Source: Lingula anatina
Taxonomy: Eukaryota; Animalia; Brachiopoda
Reading direction: 5' to 3'
Assembly: GCA_051362555.1 (NCBI GenBank)
Contig: CM120641.1
Location: 30,448,401-30,512,400 of the forward strand
Length of the DNA stretch: 64,000 nucleotides
Positions 9,479 through 24,400 of the stretch are shown one piece after another. Positions within the stretch are counted from its first letter, which is position 1. Each line of letters begins with the position of its first letter. The position numbers and the translations under genes were made by a program. The notes under the pieces were generated by a model. That model worked only from the letters and a program-made list of their open reading frames with translations, made no database searches and was not told the DNA's origin.

Positions 9479-12400
9479 AAAAAGAACAATATGTTTGATA
9501 AAAGTGAAAATTAAATTCTAAATATTGACAAATTTCCCACACTAAAATAGTAGAACAATAATTTTGATAAACTTAACCTAAACAGTTGACTATGTCTAAT
9601 AAAAAGGACATTTTCAGAACATATAAATTTGAGAAATTCTGAAAATGACATTGAAAAAACTGCCAAATTCCATGGCTTGAAATAGTTAAACGTTAATAAT
9701 TTTCACAAATCTTGTTCAAGATTTGTGAAATTTGGACAGATGATGCATAACAATAATAAAAATCTGTGATAAGCTCATCAGTTGACTGTGTCTCATGAAA
9801 AAGATTTTTTTTGGACAATTAATTTGAGAAAACTGAAAATAACACTGAAACGACTGCCAAATTCCATGGCTTAAAATAGTTAAACGTTAATAATTTTCAC
9901 AAATCTTGTCTAATATTTGTGAAATTTGGAAAGATGATGCATAACAACAATAAAAATCTGTGATAAGCTCATCAGTTGACTGTGTCTCATAAAAAAGATT
10001 TTTTTTGGACAATAAAATTGAGAAAACAGAAAATGACATTGAAAAAACTGCCAAATTCCATGGCTTGAAATAGTTAAACATTAATAATTTTCACAAATCT
10101 TGTTCAAGCTTTGTGAAATATGGACAGATGATGCATAACAATAATAAAAATCTGTGATAAGCTCATCAATTAACTGTGTGTCATGAAAAAGAATTTTTCA
10201 GAGCATATAAATGTGAAAAAACTGAAATTGACATTGCAAAGACTGCAAAATTCCATGGCTTTAAATAGTTAAACGTTAACAATTTTCACAAATCTTGTCG
10301 AATATTTGTGAAATTTGGATAGATGATGCATAACAACAATAAAAATCTGTGATAAGCTCATCAGTTCACTGTGTCTCATGAAAAAGAATTTTCAGAGCAT
10401 ATAAATGTGAAAAAACTGAAAATGACACTGAGAAGACTGCAAAATGCGGTGCCTTAAAATAGTTAAAAGTAAATAATTTTCACAAAACTTGTTCAATAGT
10501 TGTGAAATTTGGAGAGATGATGCTTAACAATAACAAAAATCTATGATAAGCTTAACAGTTGACAGTGTGTGATAGAATTGTAGTTGATTGACATTTTGTA
10601 TGCGAAGAGTGAGAATTATCTACAATATTTTTTTTTTCAATTTCACAACATCTAATTAGACTCACATTAAACATCAAATATTATGATTTGAGTTTGTTTG
10701 TGTAATGGTGACAAATTACCCATAATTGTCCTCTGGAAAAGAATATATACCCATTTAAGACATCTCCTTACTACCAATACCAGATGCAGATTCCTCCTTA
10801 CAATCGGTTTCTGGAATAGGGTTTAGCACACCATTTGACAATGTCCTAAAGCTTGCCATATACCATCTATTGTACACATGGATGAGACATAGCATTGCTC
10901 TTGCTGTTGTCTTTTGCTGTCTGTTTTTTCTATAGGAATTAGCCCTGACCAGACAGGAAGAATCAGTTCACCAAAAAAGCCATCATGCTGTATGGAAAAG
11001 GTCACCTGGAAAAAGAACAATATGTTTGATAAAAGTGAAAATTAAATTCTAAATATTGACAAATTTCCCACACTAAAATAGTAGAACAATAATTTTGATA
11101 AACTTAACCTAAACAGTTGACTATGTCTAATAAAAAGGACATTTTCAGAACATATAAATTTGAGAAATTCCGAAAATGACATTGAAAAAACTGCCAAATT
11201 CCATGGCTTGAAATAGTTAAACGTTAATAATTTTCACAAATCTTGTCTAATATTTGTGAAATTTAGATAGATGATGCATAACAAAAATACAAATCTGTGA
11301 TAAGCTCATCAGTTGACTGTGTCTCATAAAAAAGATTTTTTTTGGACAATAAATTTGAGAAAATTGAAAATGACACTGAGAAGACTGCAAAATGCGGTGC
11401 CTTAAAATAGTTAAACGTTAATAATTTTCACAAATCTTGTTCAAGATTTGTGAAATTTGGACAGATGATGCATAACAATAATAAAAATCTGTGATAAGCT
11501 CATCAGTTGACTGTGTTTCATGAAAAACATTTTTCAGAGCATATAAATGTGAAGAAACTGAAAATGAAATTGCAAAGACTGCAAAATTCCATGGCTTAAA
11601 ATAGTTTAATGTTAATAATTTTCACAAATCTTGTTCAAGATTTGTGAAATTTGGACAGATGATGCATTACAATAATAAAAATCTGTGATAAGCTCAACAG
11701 TTGACTGTGTTTCATGAAAAACATTTTTCAGAGCATATAAATGTGAAAAAACTGAAAATGAAATTGCAAAGACTGCAAAATTCCATGGCTTAAAATAGTT
11801 TAATGTTAATAATTTTCACAAAACTTGTTCAATATTTGTGAAATTTGGAGAGATGATGCTTAACAATAACAAAAATCTGTGATAAGCTAAACAGTTGACA
11901 GTGTGTGATAGAATTGTAGTTGATTGACATTTTGTATGCAAAGAGTGAGAATTATCTACAATATTTTTTTTTTTCAATTTCACAACATCTAATTAGACTC
12001 ACATTAAACATCAAATATTATGATTTGAGTTTGTTTGTGTAAGAGGTGACAAATTACCCATAATTGTCCTCTGGAAAAGAATATATACCCATTTAAGACA
12101 TCTCCTTACTACCAATACCAGATGCAGATTCCTCCTTACAATCGGTTTCTGGAATAGGGTTTAGCACACCATTTGACAATGTCCTAAAGCTTGCCATATA
12201 CCATCTATTGTACACATGGATGAGACATAGCATTGCTCTTGCTGTTGTCTTTTGCTGTCTGTTTTTTCTATAGGAATTAGCCCTGACCAGACAGGAAGAA
12301 TCAGTTCACCAAAAAAGCCATCATGCTGTATGGAAAAGGTCACCTGGAAAAAGAACAATATGTTTGATAAAAGTGAAAATTAAATTCTAAATATTGACAA

Positions 12401-15400
12401 ATTTTCCACACTAAAATAGTAGAACAATAATTTTGATAAACTTAACCTAAACAGTTGACTATGTCTAATAAAAAGGACATTTTCAGAACATATAAATTTG
12501 AGAAATACTGAAAATGACATTGAAAAAACTGCCAAATTCCATGGCTTGAAATAGTTAAACATTAATAATTTTCACAAATCTTGTTCAAGATTTGTGAAAT
12601 TTGGACAGATGATGCATAACAATAATAAAAATCTGTGATAAGCTCATCAGTTGACTGTGTCTCATGAAAAAGATTTTTTTTGGACAATTAATTTGAGAAA
12701 ACTGACAATAACACTGAAACGACTGCCAAATTCCATGGCTTAAAATAGTTAAACGTTAATTATTTTCACAAATTTTGTCTAATATTTGTGAAATTTGGAA
12801 AGATGATGCATAACAACAATAAAAATCTGTGATAAGCTCATAAGTTGACTGTGTCTCATAAAAAGGATTTTTTTGGACAATAAAATTGAGAAAACGGAAA
12901 ATGACATTGAAAAGAATGCAAAATGCGGTGCCTTAAAATAGTTAAACGTTAATAATTTTCACAAATCTTTTTCAAGATTTGTGAAATTTGGACAGATGAT
13001 GCATAACAATAATAAAAATCTGTGATAAGCTCATCAGCTGACTGTGTCTCATGAAAATCATTTTTCAGAGGATATAAATGTGAGAAAACTGAAAATGACA
13101 TTGAAAAGACTGCCAAATTCCATGGCTTAAAATAGTTAAACGTTAATAATTTTCACAAATCTTGTCTAATATTTGTGAAATTTGGAAAGATGATGCATAA
13201 CAACAATACAAATCTGAGATAAGCTCATCAGTTGACTGTGTCTCATTTAAAAGATTTTTTTGGACAATAAATTTGAGAAAAATGAAAATGACACTGAGAA
13301 GACTGCAAAATGCGGTGCCTTAAAATAGTTAAACGTTAATAATTTTCACAAAACTTGTTCAATATTTGTGAAATATAGACAGATGATGCATAACAATAAT
13401 AAAAATCTGTGATAAGCTCATCAATTGAATGTGTCTCATGAAAAACATTTTTCAGAGCATATAAATGTGAGAAAACTGAAAATGACATTGAAAAGACTGC
13501 CAAATTCCATGGCTTAAAATAGTTAAACGTTAATAATTTTCACAAATCTTGTCTAATGTTTGTGAAATTTGGATAGATGATGCATATCAACAATAAAAAT
13601 CTGTGATAAGCTCATTAGTTGCCTGTGTCTCATAAAAAAGATTTCTTTGGACAATAAAATTGAGAAAAACGGAAAATGACATTGAAAAGACTGCAAAATG
13701 TGGTGCCTTAAAATAGTTAAACGTTTATAATTTTCACAAATCTTGTTCAAGATTTGTGAAATTTGGATAGATGATGCACAACAATAATAAAAATCTGTGA
13801 TAAGCTCATCAGTTGACTGTGTTTCATGAAAAACATTTTTCAGAGCATATAAATGTGAAAAAACTGAAAATGACATTGAAAAGACTGCCAAATTCCAAGG
13901 CTTAAAATAGTTTAACGTTAATAATTTTCACAAATCTTGTCTAATATTTGTGAAATTTGGAAAGATGATGCATAACAACAATACAAATCTGAGATAAGCT
14001 CATCAGTTGACTGTGTCTCATTTAAAAGATTTTTTTGGACAATAAATTTGAGAAAATTGAAAATGACACTGAGAAGACTGCAAAATGCGGTGCCTTAAAA
14101 TAGTTAAACGTTAATAATTTTCACAAAACTTGTTCAATATTTGTGAAATATAGACAGATGATGCATAACAATAATAAAAATCTGTGATAAGCTCATCAAT
14201 TGAATGTGTCTCATGAAAAACATTTTTCAGAGCATATAAATGTGAGAAAACTGAAAATGACATTGAAAAGACTGCCAAATTCCATGGCTTAAAATAGTTA
14301 AACGTTAATAATTTTCACAAATCTTGTCTAATGTTTGTGAAATTTGGATAGATGATGCATATCAACAATAAAAATCTGTGATAAGCTCATTAGTTGCCTG
14401 TGTCTCATAAAAAAGATTTTTTTGGACAATAAAATTGAGAAAAACGGAAAATGACATTGAAAAGACTGCAAAATGTGGTGCCTTAAAATAGTTAAACGTT
14501 AATAATTTTCACAAATCTTGTCTAATATTTGTGAAATTTAGATAGATGATGCATAACAACAATACAAATCTGTGATAAGCTCATCAGTTGACTGTGTCTC
14601 ATAAAAAAGATTTTTTTTGGACAATAAATTTGAGAAAATTGAAAATGACACTGAGAAGACTGCAAAATGCGGTGCCTTAAAATAGTTAAACGTTAATAAT
14701 TTTCACAAATCTTGTTCAAGATTTGTGAAATTTGGACAGATGATGCATTACAATAATAAAAATCTGTGATAAGCTCAACAGTTGACTGTGTTTCATGAAA
14801 AACATTTTTCAGAGCATATAAATGTGAAAAAACTGAAAATGAAATTGCAAAGACTGCAAAATTCCATGGCTTAAAATAGTTTAATGTTAATAATTTTCAC
14901 AAAACTTGTTCAATATTTGTGAAATTTGGAGAGATGATGCTTAACAATAACAAAAATCTGTGATAAGCTAAACAGTTGACAGTGTGTGATAGAATTGTAG
15001 TTGATTGACATTTTGTATGCGAAGAGTGAGAATTATCTACAATATTTTTTTTTTTCAATTTCACAACATCTAATTAGACTCACATTAAACATCAAATATT
15101 ATGATTTGAGTTTGTTTGTGTAAGAGGTGACAAATTACCCATAATTGTCCTCTGGAAAAGAATATATACCCATTTAAGACATCTCCTTACTACCAATACC
15201 AGATGCAGATTCCTCCTTACAATCGGTTTCTGGAATAGGGTTTAGCACACCATTTGACAATGTCCTAAAGCTTGCCATATACCATCTATTGTACACATGG
15301 ATGAGACATAGCATTGCTCTTGCTGTTGTCTTTTGCTGTCTGTTTTTTCTATAGGAATTAGCCCTGACCAGACAGGAAGAATCAGTTCACCAAAAAAGCC

Positions 15401-18400
15401 ATCATGCTGTATGGAAAAGGTCACCTGGAAAAAGAACAATATGTTTGATAAAAGTGAAAATTAAATTCTAAATATTGACAAATTTTCCACACTAAAATAG
15501 TAGAACAATAATTTTGATAAACTTAACCTAAACAGTTGACTATGTCTAATAAAAAGGACATTTTCAGAACATATAAATTTGAGAAATACTGAAAATGACA
15601 TTGAAAAAACTGCCAAATTCCATGGCTTGAAATAGTTAAACGTTAATAATTTTCACAAATCTTGTTCAAGATTTGTGAAATTTGGACAGATGATGCATAA
15701 CAATAATAAAAATCTGTGATAAGCTCATCAGTTGACTGTGTCTCATGAAAAAGATTTTTTTTGGACAATTAATTTGAGAAAACTGACAATAACACTGAAA
15801 CGACTGCCAAATTCCATGGCTTAAAATAGTTAAACGTTAATTATTTTCACAAATTTTGTCTAATATTTGTGAAATTTGGAAAGATGATGCATAACAACAA
15901 TAAAAATCTGTGATAAGCTCATAAGTTGACTGTGTCTCATAAAAAGGATTTTTTTGGACAATAAAATTGAGAAAACGGAAAATGACATTGAAAAGAATGC
16001 AAAATGCGGTGCCTTAAAATAGTTAAACGTTAATAATTTTCACAAATCTTGTTCAAGATTTGTGAAATTTGGACAGATGATGCATAACAATAATAAAAAT
16101 CTGTGATAAGCTCATCAGCTGACTGTGTCTCATGAAAATCATTTTTCAGAGGATATAAATGTGAGAAAACTGAAAATGACATTGAAAAGACTGCCAAATT
16201 CCATGGCTTAAAATAGTTAAACGTTAATAATTTTCACAAATCTTGTCTAATATTTGTGAAATTTGGAAAGATGATGCATAACAACAATACAAATCTGAGA
16301 TAAGCTCATCAGTTGACTGTGTCTCATTTAAAAGATTTTTTTGGACAATAAATTTGAGAAAATTGAAAATGACACTGAGAAGACTGCAAAATGCGGTGCC
16401 TTAAAATAGTTAAACGTTAATAATTTTCACAAAACTTGTTCAATATTTGTGAAATATAGACAGATGATGCATAACAATAATAAAAATCTGTGATAAGCTC
16501 ATCAATTGAATGTGTCTCATGAAAAACATTTTTCAGAGCATATAAATGTGAGAAAACTGAAAATGACATTGAAAAGACTGCCAAATTCCATGGCTTAAAA
16601 TAGTTAAACGTTAATAATTTTCACAAATCTTGTCTAATGTTTGTGAAATTTGGATAGATGATGCATATCAACAATAAAAATCTGTGATAAGCTCGTTAGT
16701 TGCCTGTGTCTCATAAAAAAGATTTCTTTGGACAATAAATTTGAGAAAATTGAAAATGACACTGAGAAGACTGCAAAATGCGGTGCCTTAAAATAGTTAA
16801 ACGTTAATAATTTTCACAAAACTTGTTCAATATTTGTGAAATATAGACAGATGATGCATAACAATAATAAAAATCTGTGATAAGCTCATCAATTGAATGT
16901 GTCTCATGAAAAACATTTTTCAGAGCATATAAATGTGAGAAAACTGAAAATGACATTGAAAAGACTGCCAAATTCCATGGCTTAAAATAGTTAAACGTTA
17001 ATAATTTTCACAAATCTTGTCTAATGTTTGTGAAATTTGGATAGATGATGCATATCAACAATAAAAATCTGTGATAAGCTCATTAGTTGCCTGTGTCTCA
17101 TAAAAAAGATTTTTTTGGACAATAAAATTGAGAAAAACGGAAAATGACATTGAAAAGACTGCAAAATGTGGTGCCTTAAAATAGTTAAACGTTTATAATT
17201 TTCACAAATCTTGTTCAAGATTTGTGAAATTTGGATAGATGATGCATAACAATAATAAAAATCTGTGATAAGCTCATCAGTTGACTGTGTTTCATGAAAA
17301 ACATTTTTCAGAGCATATAAATGTGAAAAAACTGAAAATGACATTGAAAAGACTGCCAAATTCCAAGGCTTAAAATAGTTTAACGTTAATAATTTTCACA
17401 AATCTTGTCTAATATTTGTGAAATTTGGATAGATGATGCATAACAACAATAAAAATCTGTGATAAGCTCATCAGTTGACTGTGTCTCATTAAAAAGATTT
17501 TTTTTTGGACAATAAAATTGAGAAAATTAAAAATGAAACTGAAAAGACTGCAAAATGCGGTGCCTTAAAATAGTTAAATATTAATAATTTTCACAAAACT
17601 TGTTCAATATTTGTGAAATTTGGAGAGATGATGCTTAGCAATAACAAAAATCTGTGATAAACTTAACAGTTGACAGTGTGTGATAGAATTGTAGTTGTCT
17701 GACATTTTGTATGCGAAGAGTGAGAATTATCTACAATATTTTTTTTTCAATTTCACAACATCTAATTAGACTCACATTAAACATCAAATATTATGATTTG
17801 AGTTTGTTTGTGTAAGAGGTGACAAATTACCCATAATTGTCCTCTGGAAAAGAATATATACCCACTTAAGACATCTCCTTACTACCAATACCAGATGCAG
17901 ATTCCTCCTTACAATCGGTTTCTGGAATAGGGTTTAGCACACCATTTGACAATGTCCTAAAGCTTGCCATATACCATCTATTGTACACATGGATGAGACA
18001 TAGCATTGCTCTTGCTGTTGTCTTTTGCTGTCTGTTTTTTCTATAGGAATTAGCCCTAACCAGACAGGAAGAATCAGTTCACCAAAAAATCCATCACGCT
18101 GTATGGAAAAGGTCACCTAGAAAAAGAACAATATGTTTGATAAAAGTGAAAATTGAATTCTAAAAATTGACAAATTTCCCACATTAAAAAAGTTGAACAA
18201 TAATTTTGATAAACTTAATCTAAACAGTTGACTATGTCTAATAAAAAGGACATTTTCAAAACATATAAATTTGAGAAATACTGAAAATGACATTGAAAAG
18301 ACTGCCAAATTCCATGGCTTGAAATAGTTAAATGTTAATAATTTTCACAAATCTTGTCCAACATTTGTGAAATTTGGACAGATGATGCATAACAATAATA

Positions 18401-21400
18401 AAAATCTGTGATAAGCTCATCAGTTGACTGCATCTCATGAAAAACATTTTTCAGAGCATATAAATGTGAGAAAACTGAAAATGACATTGAAAAGACTGCC
18501 AAATTCCATGGCTTAAAATAGTTAAACGTTAATAATTTTCACAAATCTTGTCTAATGTTTGTGAAATTTGGATAGATGATGCATAACAACAATAAAAATC
18601 TGTGATAAGCTCATCAGTTGACTGTGTCTCATAAAAAAGATTTTTTTGGACAATTAAATTGAGAAAACAGAAAATGACATTGAAAGACTGCAAAATGCGG
18701 TGCCTTAAAATAGTTAAACGTTAATAATTTTCACAAATCTTGTTCAAGATTTGTGAAATTTGGACAGATGATGCATTACAATAATAAAAATCTGTGATAA
18801 GCTCAACAGTTGACTGTGTTTCATGAAAAACATTTTTCAGAGCATATAAATGTGAAAAAACTGAAAATGAAATTGCAAAGACTGCAAAATTCCATGGCTT
18901 AAAATAGTTTAATGTTAATAATTTTCACAAAACTTGTTCAATATTTGTGAAATTTGGAGAGATGATGCTTAACAATAACAAAAATCTGTGATAAGCTAAA
19001 CAGTTGACAGTGTGTGATAGGATTGTAGTTGATTGACATTTTGTATGCGAAGAGTGAGAATTATCTACAATATTTTTTTTTTTTTCAATTTCACAACATC
19101 TAATTAGACTCACATTAAACATCAAATATTATGATTTGAGTTTGTTTGTGTAAGAGGTGACAAATTACCCATAATTGTCCTCTGGAAAAGAATATATACC
19201 CATTTAAGACATCTCCTTACTACCAATACCAGATGCAGATTCCTCCTTACAATCGGTTTCTGGAATAGGGTTTAGCACACCATTTGACAATGTCCTAAAG
19301 CTTGCCATATACCATCTATTGTACACATGGATGAGACATAGCATTGCTCTTGCTGTTGTCTTTTGCTGTCTGTTTTTTCTATAGGAATTAGCCCTGACCA
19401 GACAGGAAGAATCAGTTCACCAAAAAAGCCATCATGCTGTATGGAAAAGGTCACCTGGAAAAAGAACAATATGTTTGATGAAAGTGAAAATTAAATTCTA
19501 AATATTGACAAATTTCCCACACTAAAATAGTAGAACAATAATTTTGATAAACTTAACCTAAACAGTTGACTATGTCTAATAAAAAGGACATTTTCAGAAC
19601 ATATAAATTTGAGAAATACTGAAAATGACATTTAAAAAACTGCCAAATTCCATGGCTTGAAATAGTTAAACGTTAATAATTTTCACAAATCTTGTTCAAG
19701 ATTTGTGAAATTTGGACAGATGATGCATAACAATAATAAAAATCTGTGATAAGCTCATCAGTTGACTGTGTCTCTTGAAAAAGATTTTTTTTGGACAATA
19801 AATTTGAGAAAACTGACAATAACACTGAAACGACTGCCAAATTCCATGGCTTAAAATAGTTAAACGTTAATTATTTTCACAAATTTTGTCTAATATTTGT
19901 GAAATTTGGAAAGATGATGCATAACAACAATAAAAATCTGTGATAAGCTCATAAGTTGACTGTGTCTCATGAAAAGGATTTTTTTGGACAATAAAATTGA
20001 GAAAACGGAAAATGACATTGAAAAGAATGCAAAATGCGGTGCCTTAAAATAGTTAAACGTTAATAATTTTCACAAGTCTTGTTCAAGATTTGTGAAATTT
20101 GGATAGATGATGCATAACAATAATCAAAATCTGTGATAAGCTCATCAGCTGACTGTGTCTCATGAAAATCATTTTTCAGAGCATATAAATGTGAGAAAAC
20201 TGAAAATGACATTGAAAAGACTGCCAAATTCCATGGCTTAAAATAGTTAAACGTTAATAATTTTCACAAATCTTGTCTAATATTTGTGAAATTTGGAAAG
20301 ATGATGCATAACAACAATACAAATCTGAGATAAGCTCATCAGTTGACTGTGTCTCATTTAAAAGATTTTTTTGGACAATAAATTTGAGAAAATTGAAAAT
20401 GACACTGAGAAGACTGCAAAATGCAGTGCCTTAAAATAGTTAAACGTTAATAATTTTCACAAAACTTGTTGAATATTTGTGAAATATAGACAGATGATGC
20501 ATAACAATAATACAAATCTGTGATAAGCTCATCAATTGAATGTGTCTCATGAAAAACATTTTTCAGAGCATATAAATGTGAGAAAACTGAAAATGACATT
20601 GAAAAGACTGCCAAATTCCATGGCTTAAAATAGTTAAACATTAATAATTTTCACAAATCTTGTCTAATGTTTGTGAAATTTGGATAGATGATGCATATCA
20701 ACAATAAAAATCTGTGATAAGCTCATTAGTTGCCTGTGTCTCATAAAAAAGATTTTTTTGGACAATAAAATTGAGAAAAACGGAAAATGACATTGAAAAG
20801 ACTGCAAAATGCGGTGCCTTAAAATAGTTAAATGTTTATAATTTTCACAAATCTTGTTCAAGATTTGTGAAATTTGGATAGATGATGCATAACAATAATA
20901 AAAATCTGTGATAAGCTCATCAGTTGACTGTGTTTCATGAAAAACATTTTTCAGAGCATATAAATGTGAAAAAACTGAAAATGACATTGAAAAGACTGCC
21001 AAATTCCATGGCTTAAAATAGTTTAACGTTAATAATTTTCACAAATCTTGTCTAATATTTGTGAAATTTGGATAGATGATGCATAACAACAATAAAAATC
21101 TGTGATAAGCTCATCAGTTGACTGTGTCTCATTAAAAAGATTTTTTTTGGACAATAAAATTGAGAAAATTGAAAATGAAACTGAAAAGACTGCAAAATGC
21201 GGTGCCTTAAAATAGTTAAATATTAATAATTTTCACAAAACTTGTTCAATATTTGTGAAATTTGGAGAGATGATGCTTAGCAATAACAAAAATCTGTGAT
21301 AAACTTAACAGTTGACAGTGTGTGATAGAATTGTAGTTGTCTGACATTTTGTTTGCGAAGAGTGAGAATTATCTACAATATTTTTTTTTCAATTTCACAA

Positions 21401-24400
21401 CATCTAATTAGACTCAGATTAAACATCAAATATTATGATTTGAGTTTGTTTGTGTAAGAGGTGACAAATTACCCATAATTGTCCTCTGGAAAAGGATATA
21501 TACCCACTTAAGACATCTCCTTACTACCAATACCAGATGCAGATTCCTCCTTACAATCGGTTTCTGGAATAGGGTTTAGCACACCATTTGACAATGTCCT
21601 AAAGCTTGCCATATACCATCTATTGTACACATGGATGAGACATAGCATTGCTCTTGCTGTTGTCTTTTGCTGTCTGTTTTTTCTATAGGAATTAGCCCTG
21701 ACCAGACAGGAAGAATCAGTTCACCAAAAAACCCATCACGCTGTATGGAAAAGGTCACCTAGAAAAAGAACAATATGTTTGATAAAAGTGAAAATTGAAT
21801 TCTAAAAATTGACAAATTTCCCACATTAAAAAAGTTGAAGATAATTTTGATGAACTTAACCTAAACAGTTGACTATGTCTAATAAAAAGGACATTTTCAG
21901 AACATATAAATTTGAGAAATTCTGAAAATGACATTGAAAAAACTGCCAAATTCCATGGCTTGAAATAGTTAAACGTTAATAATTTTCACAAATCTTGTTC
22001 AAGATTTGTGAAATTTGGACAGATGATGCATAACAATAATAAAAATCTGTGATAAGCTCATCAGTTGACTGTGTCTCTTGAAAAAGATTTTTTTTGGACA
22101 ATAAATTTGAGAAAACTGACAATAACACTGAAACGACTGCCAAATTCCATGGCTTAAAATAGTTAAACGTTAATTATTTTCACAAATTTTGTCTAATATT
22201 TGTGAAATTTGGAAAGATGATGCATAACAACAATAAAAATCTGTGATAAGCTCATAAGTTGACTGTGTCTCATGAAAAGGATTTTTTTGGACAATAAAAT
22301 TGAGAAAACGGAAAATGACATTGAAAAGAATGCAAAATGCGGTGTCTTAAAATAGTTAAACGTTAATAATTTTCACAAGTCTTGTTCAAGATTTGTGAAA
22401 TTTGGATAGATGATGCATAACAATAATCAAAATCTGTGATAAGCTCATCAGCTGACTGTGTCTCATGAAAATCATTTTTCAGAGCATATAAATGTGAGAA
22501 AACTGAAAATGACATTGAAAAGACTGCCAAATTCCATGGCTTAAAATAGTTAAACGTTAATAATTTTCACAAATCTTGTCTAATATTTGTGAAATTTGGA
22601 AAGATGATGCATAACAACAATACAAATCTGAGATAAGCTCATCAGTTGACTGTGTCTCATTTAAAAGATTTTTTTGGACAATAAATTTGAGAAAATTGAA
22701 AATGACACTGAGAAGACTGCAAAATGCAGTGCCTTAAAATAGTTAAACGTTAATAATTTTCACAAAACTTGTTGAATATTTGTGAAATATAGACAGATGA
22801 TGCATAACAATAATACAAATCTGTGATAAGCTCATCAATTGAATGTGTCTCATGAAAAACATTTTTCAGAGCATATAAATGTGAGAAAACTGAAAATGAC
22901 ATTGAAAAGACTGCCAAATTCCATGGCTTGAAATAGTTAAACGTTAATAATTTTCACAAATCTTGTTCAAGATTTGTGAAAATTGGACAGATGATGCATA
23001 ACAATAATAAAAATCTGTGATAAGCTCATCAGTTGACTGTGTTTCATGAAAAACATTTTTCAGAGCATATAAATGTGAAAAAACTGAAAATGACATTGCA
23101 AAGACTGCAAAATTCCATGGCTTGAACTAGTTAAACGTTAATAATTTTCACAAATCTTGTTCAAGATTTGTGAAATTTGGACAGATGATGCATAACAACA
23201 ATAAAAATCTGTGATAAGCTCATCAGTTGCCTGTGTCTCATAAAAAAGATTTTTTTGGACAATAAAATTGAGAAAAACGGAAAATGACACTGAGAAGACT
23301 GCAAAATGCAGTGCCTTAAAATAGTTAAACGTTAATAATTTTCACAAAACTTGTTCAATATTTGTGAAATATAGACAGATGATGCATAACAATAATAAAA
23401 ATCTGTGATAAGCTCATCAATTGAATGTGTCTCATGAAAAACATTTTTCAGAGCATATAAATGTGAGAAAACTGAAAATGACATTGAAAAGACTGCCAAA
23501 TTCCATGGCTTAAAATAGTTAAACATTAATAATTTTCACAAATCTTGTCTAATGTTTGTCAAATTTGGATAGATGATGCATATCAACAATAAAAATCTGT
23601 GATAAGCTCATTAGTTGCCTGTGTCTCATAAAAAAGATTTTTTTGGACAATAAAATTGAGAAAAACGGAAAATGACATTGAAAAGACTGCAAAATGCGGT
23701 GCCTTAAAATAGTTAAACGTTTATAATTTTCACAAATCTTGTTCAAGATTTGTGAAATTTGGATAGATGATGCATAACAATAATAAAAATCTGTGATAAG
23801 CTCATCAGTTGACTGTGTTTCATGAAAAACATTTTTCAGAGCATATAAATGTGAAAAAACTGAAAATGACATTGAAAAGACTGCCAAATTCCATGGCTTA
23901 AAATAGTTTAACGTTAATAATTTTCACAAATCTTGTCTAATATTTGTGAAATTTGGATAGATGATGCATAACAACAATAAAAATCTGTGATAAGCTCATC
24001 AGTTGACTGTGTCTCATTAAAAAGATTTTTTTTGGACAATAAAATTGAGAAAATTGAAAATGAAACTGAAAAGACTGCAAAATGCGGTGCCTTAAAATAG
24101 TTAAATATTAATAATTTTCACAAAACTTGTTCAATATTTGTGAAATTTGGAGAGATGATGCTTAGCAATAACAAAAATCTGTGATAAGCTAAACAGTTGA
24201 CAGTGTGTGATAGAATTGTAGTTGTCTGACATTTTGTTTGCGAAGAGTGAGAATTATCTACAATATTTTTTTTTCAATTTCACAACATCTAATTAGACTC
24301 ACATTAAACATCAAATATTATGATTTGAGTTTGTTTGTGTAAGAGGTGACAAATTACCCATAATTGTCCTCTGGAAAAGAATATATACCCACTTAAGACA

